DNA of 64,000 nt from NCBI GenBank assembly GCA_044440125.1, contig JBITAJ010000003.1, positions 32,001-96,000 on the forward strand. Direction: 5' to 3'. A program made the translations under genes and the position numbers. Below are positions 28,627-38,895 of the stretch, piece by piece. Position 1 is the first letter of the stretch. Every line of letters begins with the position of its first letter. The notes beneath the pieces were generated by a model. It was not told the origin of the DNA and ran no database searches. It was given only the letters and a program-made list of their open reading frames with translations. This DNA is from Sedimentisphaeraceae bacterium JB056. Lineage in GTDB: Bacteria > Planctomycetota > Phycisphaerae > Sedimentisphaerales > Sedimentisphaeraceae.

Positions 28627-31600
28627 TTATTCTGAATATATAGAATCGATCTCTGACTCGTCTAAAGATGTTTTATATATCCTTACATCATCAATCAAGC
28701 CGTCAAAGTATTTTGTGCCGCCTAATGTATCTGCACCCACAATAACACCTATAGTACTGTCAAGACTCTGCATTGCGGTTCCTGTTGACTGAGCGTCCAG
28801 CTCACCATCAATATAAATATAGCCGGTCAAACCCTTTCGAACTATTGCGATATGATGCCAATCACCATCATTTGCTGCACCAGTCGAATTAAAATTAAAC
28901 TGGTACGCAGAGCGATAAACAGCAAAATTAACCTTGCCATCACTCTTAAGCCGCATCCAGTATTCACCGTTATATCTTGTATCACGCTGCTGAACGACTG
29001 TCTGCTCTGCTGTTGCAGTTGTCTTCACCCAAGCCATAACAGTAAAGTCAATTTCACCCTCAAGAGCGGCACCTATTCCGAAATCAACATAGTCGCCACT
29101 GCCATCGAAATCAAGTGCACCATCAATAATGCCGGTGCTCCAAACAGGGTTGCCGTTAACTTCCCCCACGCACTTTGTCTGGGAACTGTCACCGGTAAAC
29201 GTACCGCTCTGATTATCCAGCTTCCACCATGCAAAGATTCTACTATTATAAATCTCAAGCAATTGCTCATCATTCAACAACGAGCTGTATATCCTGACAT
29301 CATCAATCAACCCGTCAAAATATTTAGCTCCACTGCTCAACATATCGGCGCCAATAACAACACCTATCGCATCATTGAGATTCTGCACGCTGCTGCCGGT
29401 CGCCTGAGCATTGAGCTGACCATCAATGTAGATATAACCTTTCAAGCCATCGCGGGCAATTGTAATATTATGCCATCTGCCATCATTAACAGTATCACTC
29501 GAATCAAAGTTAAACTGGTATCCATTACCGTAAACGGCAAAATTAATCTTACCATTACTCTTAACCCTCATCCAGTACTCTCCGTTGTACCAAGTGTATC
29601 GCTGCTGAACAACGGTCTGCTCTACTGTCGCATCGGTTTTTACCCAGGCCGTTACAGTAAAATCGTTATCTCCATCAAGAGATGCGTCTGTCCCGCAGTA
29701 TACGTAATCATTTATACCGTCAAATTCAAGAGCTCCGCCCATGATACCATCATCAGGCTTCCATACGCACCCCGACAGCGAGCCATCGACATAGTTTTCG
29801 GTCTCATCATAAGCGGTAGTACCGGTGCTTTCATCCAATTTCCACCAGCCGCGAATTCTATCAAAATTGTTCTTTAGCTCTCTGCCGTCTTTGGCAATAC
29901 TAACCAACCCAGTTTCCAAATCTTCGTTCAAAAATGGGCTTTGGAAGGTGTGATTCGGATACAAGTCAATTTCGGTTCCATCAATCTTAGGCAAATCATC
30001 CGAATTTGTATAAAAAGTAAATGTCCCTGAGCTCTGCAAACCTTCATAAACGATTCTGTCATTCGTGTATACGGTAAGCGAATTATTTAAAACATCGGTC
30101 TGGAATGCCGCAAAACTGGCATAATCACTGGCTTGAACAACTTCAATTATTGCCGGAGCAAGCTCCTGATTAAACAACATCCAGTTATTATCATTAGTAT
30201 CCCATGTATATCCACCCCAAGCCGGTCTAACAGCCGCATAAGCAGAAGGCCCATTGATAAATACCCAGTTATTAGATTCGCTTTTTACTGTAATAAGATC
30301 GTCCGAGAAATAAACCCTCATATCTCCGGTTTGATAACTTAAGCTGTCATCAATCTTCTGAACTATCAGCGTGCCTTCATTTTGAACCGTCCAATACTGA
30401 TTATAAGTCTTTCCATTAACCAGCCCCTCACATTGCGGAAAGATACGTGAATCAGGATCATCTGCAAATATAGCGCCAACCCAACGATTCTGACAGCTTA
30501 TGCCGGCCCAATCCTCATAATCTCTCTTCTCAAACATCAATGTACCGATAATAAAGTCCGGTGTACAGTAACTGTATTTTAGAATGCCACCGGTAGAATC
30601 GATAAAGTAGTCCATGGTATCAGGATCACTATCGGGATACCCATCAACCATCAGCCCAAGTCTCCTTGAACTGGATTCGTAATTTCCCCTGCCGCTAACA
30701 TCTAAAGCGATATCCATCACAACCAGTGGCAATCTATATTCACTGGTTGCCAAACACATAACTTTCGGGTGTTTATTATTAGCATTGCCTTCCCCGAAAT
30801 AAAACCATGCCATTGAAGCGCAGGAATCAGAGCTCGCCAGCAGAGCATCTTCCTGATAAACACGCACTTTACCGCCGCCTCGAACAGTATTGATCTGCTC
30901 CTGCGCCCAGTCTGCCCACCAGAGATCAAGACTCATTTTTGCCAACTCTTTAAGCTCCGGATCCTCGGTAAAATCAAAACAGTTATACCACATCTGAAGA
31001 GTGTAAGGACTGTAACCAACTGCCGCTATCTCAACGAGGAAACCCCTTTTCGACCTTTCAAGAAAATACTCTTTCAGGAAACTGTTCCATGCCTGATAAT
31101 GCTGCTGGGCAGTATAGCCGTCATCCAATGTGTACGTATTATATGGATATACATCTCGAAGCACTTTGACCGAACCCCACCATCCGGTAAGTTCCATAGA
31201 ATCACGATTTTCCGAACCGAACAACTCCCATGTCGTCATCGAGGCATTGGTCATCTTTGAATGCGATTTTGCCCAAAGCCACATGATCTCACACATATCC
31301 GCTTCCGCTGTAGAGGTAAGACGACCTGGGAAAAATTTGCTTGTCTGATTAAACAATTCATAAATCCTGAAAAACAGATCCGCTTCCCAAAGGAATTGAT
31401 AATCAAGATCATTATTTTCTATATACTGACATGCCGCAATTATTGCATTATTAGCATCTGTAAGATTAGTATTTCGATACAATGCAGATAGTGCAAAATT
31501 AAGTTTACCCCAGACTGTTGTTGAAAAATCTGGATATGGAGAAGAAATCTGTGAATCAAGAACCTGATTACGCCTGGCTTCAAAACCGGCTTGTATATTC

Positions 31601-32610
31601 TTTAGATATTCATCAGTGAATCCCGGACCGGTTGAGAAAGACCACACATCACCAACATAAGGGCTATTGGGATCAGATGAATTAACCCCATCAACCCTCC
31701 AGTAGTAAGTAGTCCTTGTTGCTAACGTACCAGGAGAGTAAGACGCTGTAGTAAAATTACCTTTATATTCGGTATCGCTTGTCGTCGCATTGAGGACAGA
31801 ATCATAGTCAGTTCCAAAATACAAATTATCCCCATTTGCAGTATCATCACCTGATGTCCAAGTCAAAGTAACATTATTCGGTTCACCCAAACTTCCATCA
31901 GCAGGTGATGGGTTATATGCAATCGAATAATCAGTGTACAGATAAGTCTTATCATCACCTGAATCATACTCGATTACCAAAGTATCTCTATCACCTCCAT
32001 CACAAAGGATGTAACCGGCATTATAATACGAAGTAATCTCTTCAACCTGATCGCCATCAACGGCCAAAACACCGCCGCAAACATCAAAACTGCCGTGAGA
32101 ATTCATAAATATATCCTCGGCATTTATCGTGCCGCCGTTAAGCTCTAACACACCATAACCTACACCTGCATAATAAGCAGATGGTATAGATAAGTTAGTA
32201 ACACCGGTTATTGTTCCACTATTGACAATAAGCGTTCCCGTACCTTGCGTTCCAACATTCATGTAGCTTGTCATACTTATCGTACCGCCGCTAATCGTAA
32301 CCGTACCGGAGGTGTTAGCAGAATTCGCTATTTTGAGATTTGAAGGTAATAATGTACCTTCAATTGTAAGCGAAGCACCATCACCTGCAGCCCCAACTTC
32401 AGTTGTGTTGGATGCGGCAGTATCACCGGAATATATTTTTACCGTATTAGTGTTGCTGATTGTAGCGTTTACACCACTGCTCGGCACACCGGAATCCCAG
32501 TTGCCGGCAACCGTCCAATCATCATCTACACTTCCAGTCCAGTTAGTAGCCTGAACTGCAAAAGCTAACGTTAACACAAAACACATCATCGAAACCAGTT
32601 TGATCTTCAT
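28627..32610 (-). CDS. Large secreted protein: beta-helix, FN3-like, unassigned lyase-like domain, 2x LamG
   Basis: ATG 32610 plus signal peptide; N-terminus homologous to the 24860 protein; YYWRVD...GDVWSF (FN3-like); GSENRD/WADWAQEQ domain; two WWKLD...FDGLIDDVRIY repeats. Confidence 0.8.
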   Translation of the reverse strand: MKIKLVSMMCFVLTLAFAVQATNWTGSVDDDWTVAGNWDSGVPSSGVNATISNTNTVKIYSGDTAASNTTEVGAAGDGASLTIEGTLLPSNLKIANSANTSGTVTISGGTISMTSYMNVGTQGTGTLIVNSGTITGVTNLSIPSAYYAGVGYGVLELNGGTINAEDIFMNSHGSFDVCGGVLAVDGDQVEEITSYYNAGYILCDGGDRDTLVIEYDSGDDKTYLYTDYSIAYNPSPADGSLGEPNNVTLTWTSGDDTANGDNLYFGTDYDSVLNATTSDTEYKGNFTTASYSPGTLATRTTYYWRVDGVNSSDPNSPYVGDVWSFSTGPGFTDEYLKNIQAGFEARRNQVLDSQISSPYPDFSTTVWGKLNFALSALYRNTNLTDANNAIIAACQYIENNDLDYQFLWEADLFFRIYELFNQTSKFFPGRLTSTAEADMCEIMWLWAKSHSKMTNASMTTWELFGSENRDSMELTGWWGSVKVLRDVYPYNTYTLDDGYTAQQHYQAWNSFLKEYFLERSKRGFLVEIAAVGYSPYTLQMWYNCFDFTEDPELKELAKMSLDLWWADWAQEQINTVRGGGKVRVYQEDALLASSDSCASMAWFYFGEGNANNKHPKVMCLATSEYRLPLVVMDIALDVSGRGNYESSSRRLGLMVDGYPDSDPDTMDYFIDSTGGILKYSYCTPDFIIGTLMFEKRDYEDWAGISCQNRWVGAIFADDPDSRIFPQCEGLVNGKTYNQYWTVQNEGTLIVQKIDDSLSYQTGDMRVYFSDDLITVKSESNNWVFINGPSAYAAVRPAWGGYTWDTNDNNWMLFNQELAPAIIEVVQASDYASFAAFQTDVLNNSLTVYTNDRIVYEGLQSSGTFTFYTNSDDLPKIDGTEIDLYPNHTFQSPFLNEDLETGLVSIAKDGRELKNNFDRIRGWWKLDESTGTTAYDETENYVDGSLSGCVWKPDDGIMGGALEFDGINDYVYCGTDASLDGDNDFTVTAWVKTDATVEQTVVQQRYTWYNGEYWMRVKSNGKINFAVYGNGYQFNFDSSDTVNDGRWHNITIARDGLKGYIYIDGQLNAQATGSSVQNLNDAIGVVIGADMLSSGAKYFDGLIDDVRIYSSLLNDEQLLEIYNSRIFAWWKLDNQSGTFTGDSSQTKCVGEVNGNPVWSTGIIDGALDFDGSGDYVDFGIGAALEGEIDFTVMAWVKTTATAEQTVVQQRDTRYNGEYWMRLKSDGKVNFAVYRSAYQFNFNSTGAANDGDWHHIAIVRKGLTGYIYIDGELDAQSTGTAMQSLDSTIGVIVGADTLGGTKYFDGLIDDVRIYKTSLDESEIDSIYSE

Positions 32611-32658
32611 TTGAAATATCCTTAAAAAAACTACATTAAATTCCCAACGCACCATGCT

Positions 32659-33510
32659 TTAGATGATATTCAAAAGCCATTGCCTCGCTCTTCTACGATA
32701 GTCGCTGTCTTTGGACATCCAAAGATCGGTATGAGAAGAGATGAAATATTGATTTGGTATATCAAACAATTCCTCAACAGGCACATCTATAAAAGTAAAA
32801 TCACCAAATTTATTTTTGTCTGAAAGATACTCACGAGTCTTTTGTGAAAACTCATCTTTATTAGCGCATATCAGTTGTCTTCTGCCGTCAAGCAGCTTTA
32901 GCCTTTCAAGTGCAGACTCCCTGCCATTATCCTCGTACCGCCAATCTTCTTTTACACCGTCATAATGATCGTGAGTGATAAACCCCTTCCACATTGATGC
33001 GATTCTTTCATCAGCAAGCCCGATATAATTAACAGCAATAGCGCCTCTTGAAAATCCACACAAAAACAGAGAATCCATATCACCGCCAAAACGTTCACAT
33101 ATCCTCGGGATATTAATAGTGCAGTAATCGATAGCTGCCTGTTTATCACCCCACCATGTTACCTCATTGTGTTTATGATCTTTGGCAATAAACGGCAAAA
33201 CAACCCATATCCATCCCTTGGCTCCACACAATCCATAACCAAGATTCGCGTCCTCAACTTTACCGGTTGAACCACTGCCCGGATAATAATTGCCTGTATA
33301 CTCAACCATCACAGGATATTTTTTGTCGGGTTGCCAATCTAAAGGCAAATAAAGGCTATGATGAATGCACGTGCCTCGATATTCCGCAGCGACCTGCCTA
33401 ACACGCTTGCCGGAACCAGGTTCTCTACCTATCATTTCAGGAGGAAGTTCGATTTGATTAATTTCATCTACAGTTGTGGCTTTAATATTACTCATGTGAC
33501 AATATTTCAA
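32659..33510 (-). CDS. Alpha/beta hydrolase (putative carbohydrate esterase)
   Basis: LYLP.DW...KKYPV, GFSRG nucleophile elbow, C-terminal His (SHT). Confidence 0.7.
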   Translation of the reverse strand: MKYCHMSNIKATTVDEINQIELPPEMIGREPGSGKRVRQVAAEYRGTCIHHSLYLPLDWQPDKKYPVMVEYTGNYYPGSGSTGKVEDANLGYGLCGAKGWIWVVLPFIAKDHKHNEVTWWGDKQAAIDYCTINIPRICERFGGDMDSLFLCGFSRGAIAVNYIGLADERIASMWKGFITHDHYDGVKEDWRYEDNGRESALERLKLLDGRRQLICANKDEFSQKTREYLSDKNKFGDFTFIDVPVEELFDIPNQYFISSHTDLWMSKDSDYRRRARQWLLNII

Positions 33511-33577
33511 GAATTACGCCAATTGAATTTAAGACACGTTATACATATCAAAACGGCTAAACACTAAACCTTAGATC

Positions 33578-33656
33578 ATTACAATAATTACAATAAAGAA
33601 AACAGAACACACAAAAGACCTTTAAACAATATTATCACATTACAATTGCAATACAA
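33578..33656 (-). promoter_or_regulatory. Promoter/operator module of unit 2
   Basis: TTGTAT-N16-TAATAT; TTGCAATACAA; ATTACAATAATTACAATAA repeat box. Confidence 0.7.
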
Positions 33657-33694
33657 TATCTTTTTTCAAAAAATCACATTTTCTCAGCTGCCAC

Positions 33695-33737
33695 AAAAAA
33701 AGGGAGCGATGGACTACTTAAAAGCTCACCGCTCCCT
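33695..33737 (-). terminator. Intrinsic terminator of unit 1
   Basis: AGGGAGCG...CGCTCCCT stem plus U-run on the minus strand. Confidence 0.8.
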
Positions 33738-33775
33738 GTATAAGGAACATTAAATTATCGTCGTATCAGATGATA

Positions 33776-36376
33776 TCAATTAAAGTCTCTGACTAATTTC
33801 TCGTCACCATTCTGGAGCGTTATAACTCCGCTCTTGTATGCCGATTTCATATATGGGCTGTCGAACGTCATTGGATAAAAATAATCTATATACTCTCCGC
33901 CAACAGTAGGCATTTCCATAGTCGCCGCATTGAAAGCAATTTCTTTTGCATCATTGCCGCATCCGGTATAGACCAATACATTATAGCCCGGCACAACTGT
34001 CTTATACAACGCTATCGGGTTGTCAAGAACGTCGGATATAAAATCTTCCAGCGTCGGATGATCGGCCTTGCGGGCGGCCTCAATAATTACCGGCGAGAAC
34101 CTGTCTTCGAGCTGAATAACTTTGTGATCGCATATCCATGAATAGGCCCCGTCTTTAATCTTCACGGTAGCATCATCCTTGGGGCTGTCAAAATACATTT
34201 GCGTAGTATTGCCCTTTTTAGCTCTCTTAGCCTTTTCATACTCTTCATCCCAAAGAATTGGCTTAATTGCTACATAAGCATTGCCCTTTTGCAGGAACAA
34301 CCACCCTTCTTTTTCTATCAGCTTGTCCCAATCCTTACCTACGAACACTCCCATGCCACGGTCAAACATAATGCCCGCAGGGAACCATTCTGGATTAACC
34401 TGAGTGATTCTTCTTGCCTGCTGAGTAATCATAACAGACTTGCTCTGCACCGTACGATAGTTAATGTGCATATCGTAGCCCTTTTTGCTCTTGACGTAGC
34501 CAGGCTCATCCTTGCCCGCCAACTGAATACCCACTGTAACAACACGGCTAAGTGGCGACTGAGCAAAGATCATGCCGTGCCAACGCTTGGTGAGGCTCAA
34601 ATGGCTATGTACAGCCCCAGGATGCTCCATCTGACATCCAAGCACATAGTCAGGAGTAACATAACTATACTTAACAAACCGCGACTCTGTATCGCAACAT
34701 ATACTTCTTTCCATACCCATCGGGCGAGGCCAAACACCTTCCTCTTCACCAACACCACGTGATATATACTCAAAACAACCCAGTCCCTGCCTATCAAGAG
34801 CCGTCTTCATCACAACAGGCGGCAACTGGTAGCCATTAATGAGCGACCAGTAATACCAGATATCAGGGGCACCAACACCACCTAAATAATACCGCATAAG
34901 GGTAGTGATCGAAGCATACCCGCCTTCGTAGTTGTGCCTGCCTTTCATGCCGCCGCGCAGTCCGGAAATCGACTCCTGGGCCCAGTCTGCCCAGACCAAA
35001 TCAAAGAAGTTGCCTACAATTTCCTTCAGCTCATCATCACCGCTGCACGTATAAACCAAATCGACAAAATTAAGCGTATGGTGCATATATCCATCAGCAG
35101 CACGTTCTACAAAGAATCCGCGCCTTGCACGTTCTGTAAAATACTCTTTCAAGAACCCGACCCACGCTTCATAATGGTCAGCAGCATTATACTCTTTACC
35201 ATCAGAAAGATTTGCTCGACCACCAAAGCTGCGGTCTAACTTCCCGTAATAGCCGGGATGCCCATAATGAAAACCTCCGCCAAAACCATAATCAGGATAG
35301 ATACGGTCTTTGTACTCTGGTTCATTCATAAAAATACGAGACGACACAAGATTACACGCCTTGCCGTTCAGATCATGATTTTCACTGCCGTCCATCCACC
35401 ATGTGCTCTGCTTTGACCAGTGTATATCATTCTTTTCATAAGTACGCAGCCAAAGAACCTCCAAAAGTTTTTCCTGAACCTCCGGTGTTAAGCGGCCCGG
35501 AAATTTATCCGACTTATCCGAAAAATTATCGTAAAGTCTGCATAGCATAGGGGTGAGAAATAAAGACCACGGATCATCAAGAACATCCGGCTTTTCCAAC
35601 TCTTCCATAATACCGGCATTCGCCTCTTCTATATCCATCCCAAGATAAAGTTTCGTAAAATAGTTCACATAGGGACTGCCCCACATTGTTTTTGTGGCAC
35701 GCTGCTGAGCGTCCAACATTCTTGCCGACCGAGTATTACGCTCTTCTTCCATTCGCTGCTCAAGAGTCTTATCCGTTACACCGATATACTTACCATCCTT
35801 TGAAAAATTGATCCCGTCAAGCCAGACAACCGTATCTTTTGGCATATCTATTTTGAACCTGCATTCTTTCACATTAGAATAATCAAAACCACTCTGGGCA
35901 TCAAAGTCTTTTAGACTAATACTCAACTGTTGCCATTTATTATTTTCCAGTGCCTCAATTGTTTTTCTTGCCTGCCTGCCCGCTTTATCCACCAGGGTAA
36001 CAATACCCTCGCCCGCAGAGGCCGAACCCTTTATCTTAATAAATAAATTAAGCGTAAATCCCTCATCCAACTGCCAGAGATCGCCCCAAAGACTCGATAC
36101 AAAACCAAAAGCTTTGTCGCTGCCGGCCTTTGCAGCATTGTAAACTATGCTAAGATCGCCTACCTGCTTATCGGCATGATCTGCTTTAAAGTAAGGTGAA
36201 CTATAGTTAACATTCAGCCTCTTGCTTAAGTCGTGATACAAATCCTGCGAATCGGCTGCAACAGTAAAAAGCCGTGGCTCTTCATCCCAAAAATCCAAAG
36301 TTTGCGACTCACTCATACATATTGACGGCAGTAACCCGCTAACAACAAAAAACAGCAAAATAATTTTCAATTTCAT
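33776..36376 (-). CDS. Secreted protein: CBM-like N-terminal beta-sandwich + unassigned lyase-like domain
   Basis: Signal peptide; WQQLSISLKDF and VWLDGINF (CBM-like); GSENHD, WADWAQESISGLRGG, TPDY. Confidence 0.72.
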   Translation of the reverse strand: MKLKIILLFFVVSGLLPSICMSESQTLDFWDEEPRLFTVAADSQDLYHDLSKRLNVNYSSPYFKADHADKQVGDLSIVYNAAKAGSDKAFGFVSSLWGDLWQLDEGFTLNLFIKIKGSASAGEGIVTLVDKAGRQARKTIEALENNKWQQLSISLKDFDAQSGFDYSNVKECRFKIDMPKDTVVWLDGINFSKDGKYIGVTDKTLEQRMEEERNTRSARMLDAQQRATKTMWGSPYVNYFTKLYLGMDIEEANAGIMEELEKPDVLDDPWSLFLTPMLCRLYDNFSDKSDKFPGRLTPEVQEKLLEVLWLRTYEKNDIHWSKQSTWWMDGSENHDLNGKACNLVSSRIFMNEPEYKDRIYPDYGFGGGFHYGHPGYYGKLDRSFGGRANLSDGKEYNAADHYEAWVGFLKEYFTERARRGFFVERAADGYMHHTLNFVDLVYTCSGDDELKEIVGNFFDLVWADWAQESISGLRGGMKGRHNYEGGYASITTLMRYYLGGVGAPDIWYYWSLINGYQLPPVVMKTALDRQGLGCFEYISRGVGEEEGVWPRPMGMERSICCDTESRFVKYSYVTPDYVLGCQMEHPGAVHSHLSLTKRWHGMIFAQSPLSRVVTVGIQLAGKDEPGYVKSKKGYDMHINYRTVQSKSVMITQQARRITQVNPEWFPAGIMFDRGMGVFVGKDWDKLIEKEGWLFLQKGNAYVAIKPILWDEEYEKAKRAKKGNTTQMYFDSPKDDATVKIKDGAYSWICDHKVIQLEDRFSPVIIEAARKADHPTLEDFISDVLDNPIALYKTVVPGYNVLVYTGCGNDAKEIAFNAATMEMPTVGGEYIDYFYPMTFDSPYMKSAYKSGVITLQNGDEKLVRDFN

Positions 36377-36405
36377 TTCATTTACCTCTTTCTATATAAT
36401 ACTAT

Positions 36406-38799
36406 CTATTCAGAACTCTTTTGTAATGTATAAACCGTTAAACCGGTAATATCTTTTTGTTTTGCCGGTATTACTATGCTCACCAGATAACCAACCACAT
36501 AACAGGCGACAACGCCAACCGCAGGATATGCGAGAAAATGCATATGCGTATAGTTCATAACATAATAAGTAGCAGCCAATGAAGCAATTACGCCGGCAAC
36601 AGCTCCTGCACTATTTGTTCTCTTTGTAAAGATACCCAAAGTATATATTCCCGTGATAGCGCCAAGAAGCACGCCGAATATAACCATGCACAAATCCCAT
36701 ATTGAGGTCAAATCAGTTTTGACTAAAAACAAAGCTGAAACCGTACCAAACACACCGAGTGAAGCAGTAAGAATTCTACCGAGAATAACGCAACTATGAT
36801 CTGTCGCATCTTTTTTAAACCTGCGATAAAAATCCTCAACACCCAGATTTGCAACACTATTGAGAGCACTGGACAACGTTGACATTGTCGCAGCAAGTAT
36901 TGCCGCAATAACCAACCCTGCCAAACCGACAGGCAGATTCTGAGCCGCAAAAAGCGGAAAAATACCATCCGACTTCGTCGCAGGACTGAGCATCTCAGGC
37001 TTCTCCATATAGAACAAAAATAAAATGGTACCAAGACTGAATAATACTGCATTAAGAGGTACGGCGACCACAAGCGACATGATAATTGCCTTTTTAGATT
37101 CCTTCTCATTGGGCGTACACTGCATGCGTTGAATGAAATTTTGATCCCCTATCATGCCAAGAGTGTTTACAAGTATATTCAAAAACAATATAAAAGCACA
37201 AGGTTCAACAAATGAAATATTCCAATCAAACATATGCAGCTTATCAGCAGTCTGAATATTGCTCCAGCCCTGCGAAAAGCTCATATCAAGCCCCGTAATA
37301 GCCCATACAAGACAAACCACAACAGCCATAATCATTACTATTGCCTGAAGAACGTCCGTCCAAATCACACCTTCAAGCCCGCCAAGAAATACATAGCAGG
37401 TTGTAACGACACCCATAATGACTATACTGACCTCAATTGGTATGCCGGTTATACTGCTTATTGCTATCGCCGGCAAAATCATTACAGCCGACATTCTGCC
37501 CAATATCTGCAGAAACGACCATATTATACTTCCTGCAATTCGCAGAAAAATATTATACCTGCGTTCAAGATACTCATTTGCAGTCGCAACCTCCAATCTT
37601 CGTGCGATAGGCATATATAAATAAATAGCCAGCGGCGGAATGGTTATAATAGAGAAAACGGTTGCTCCAAAATAGAACCAATTATCCGAAAATGCCTTAC
37701 CCGGCACAGCCATCAAACTTATAGCACTTGCACCTGTAGCAAACATACTGAGACCAGAAGCCCACCAAGGCACGCGTTTGCCGCCGCGAAAATAATCCTC
37801 GCTGTTTTTCTCTCGCTTTGAAAGATACGCACCAACAAGCAACATTCCTACCATAAAGACAACGACAACGCCATGATCAACCCAGCCATACTTTGTTGCA
37901 GGCATTACAGCTTTGACGTTGACCGATGAATCAACGCCAATGATACCAAATTCCACATCATCAAATACAACACCCACCGGTTTGATTGACTGCGGCAACT
38001 CCCCCAAAATAACCCATTTATTCGTAAACGTGTGATACGCAAGAATATCATTACTCTGGCCGTATTTGGACAAAAAGACAATATGAGCCAAACCACAAGG
38101 AGCAGACACCATATTTGACAAGTCATAATCTGTTTGACCGAGCTGCTCAAAAATCTTATCGGGAGAAAGCCGCGACACTCTAAAGCCCTCATTATTGGTA
38201 AAGACAAATAATCTGCCCGAAACTGCAGCAACTGAAACAACCTTTCCATCGATGGGCTGCCATGCGTCCAATTTTTTCCATTTCCCATCTTTTGCAAGAA
38301 GGTCCATTGAAAACGCTGCTTCAGCGCCAACAGCATATATATGTCCGGAAGCCAATGCAGCTTTAACATCGGGAATAAATACGGGAAGCTCAGGCATTTG
38401 TTCCGAATGCAGCTTATCTTCCTCTATCCAATATCGAACTACCTCTTTCGTCTCAACATCATCTTTATAACCGCCGATGCAAATCACACCATCAGAGGTA
38501 CTTACGGCAGCTCCGCCATAGACACGATTCTGTAACGGTGAAATTTCCGCCCACTTTTGACCGTCTTCATCCAACATAAATACCGCATTGCTGGCAACCT
38601 GAGACTTGAAACCGCCAATAACTAAAAGATTTTCACCATCCCGCCCGACAAACGCTTTATCAAGTTCAGCGCCAAGCGGAGCAATTCTCTCAAACTCAAA
38701 GAAACCTTCCGTCTCTACACTATCAGCAACAGCCAAAGTGCAAACTGTCAGTATTAACAAAACCAAGAACACACATCTATTTACTTTCAAGTTTTTCAT
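36406..38799 (-). CDS. Sodium:solute symporter with N-terminal Kelch (NanM-like) domain
   Basis: Kelch GG repeats, then DYFRGG...WW, GGLEGVIWTD and AATMSTLSS; many TM helices. Confidence 0.9.
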   Translation of the reverse strand: MKNLKVNRCVFLVLLILTVCTLAVADSVETEGFFEFERIAPLGAELDKAFVGRDGENLLVIGGFKSQVASNAVFMLDEDGQKWAEISPLQNRVYGGAAVSTSDGVICIGGYKDDVETKEVVRYWIEEDKLHSEQMPELPVFIPDVKAALASGHIYAVGAEAAFSMDLLAKDGKWKKLDAWQPIDGKVVSVAAVSGRLFVFTNNEGFRVSRLSPDKIFEQLGQTDYDLSNMVSAPCGLAHIVFLSKYGQSNDILAYHTFTNKWVILGELPQSIKPVGVVFDDVEFGIIGVDSSVNVKAVMPATKYGWVDHGVVVVFMVGMLLVGAYLSKREKNSEDYFRGGKRVPWWASGLSMFATGASAISLMAVPGKAFSDNWFYFGATVFSIITIPPLAIYLYMPIARRLEVATANEYLERRYNIFLRIAGSIIWSFLQILGRMSAVMILPAIAISSITGIPIEVSIVIMGVVTTCYVFLGGLEGVIWTDVLQAIVMIMAVVVCLVWAITGLDMSFSQGWSNIQTADKLHMFDWNISFVEPCAFILFLNILVNTLGMIGDQNFIQRMQCTPNEKESKKAIIMSLVVAVPLNAVLFSLGTILFLFYMEKPEMLSPATKSDGIFPLFAAQNLPVGLAGLVIAAILAATMSTLSSALNSVANLGVEDFYRRFKKDATDHSCVILGRILTASLGVFGTVSALFLVKTDLTSIWDLCMVIFGVLLGAITGIYTLGIFTKRTNSAGAVAGVIASLAATYYVMNYTHMHFLAYPAVGVVACYVVGYLVSIVIPAKQKDITGLTVYTLQKSSE

Positions 38800-38895
38800 G
38801 GATTCCAATCTTCTTACCAATTGTGTATAAATTCAGCAAAGTTTATAAGTCATTTATTATACGGTTCAATCTGTCCTAATTGAAGTAACAAACTT

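Noticed and set aside
28852..29877. 341-aa plus-strand ORF with an internal repeat
   Set aside because: Mirror of the duplicated LamG domains on the minus strand
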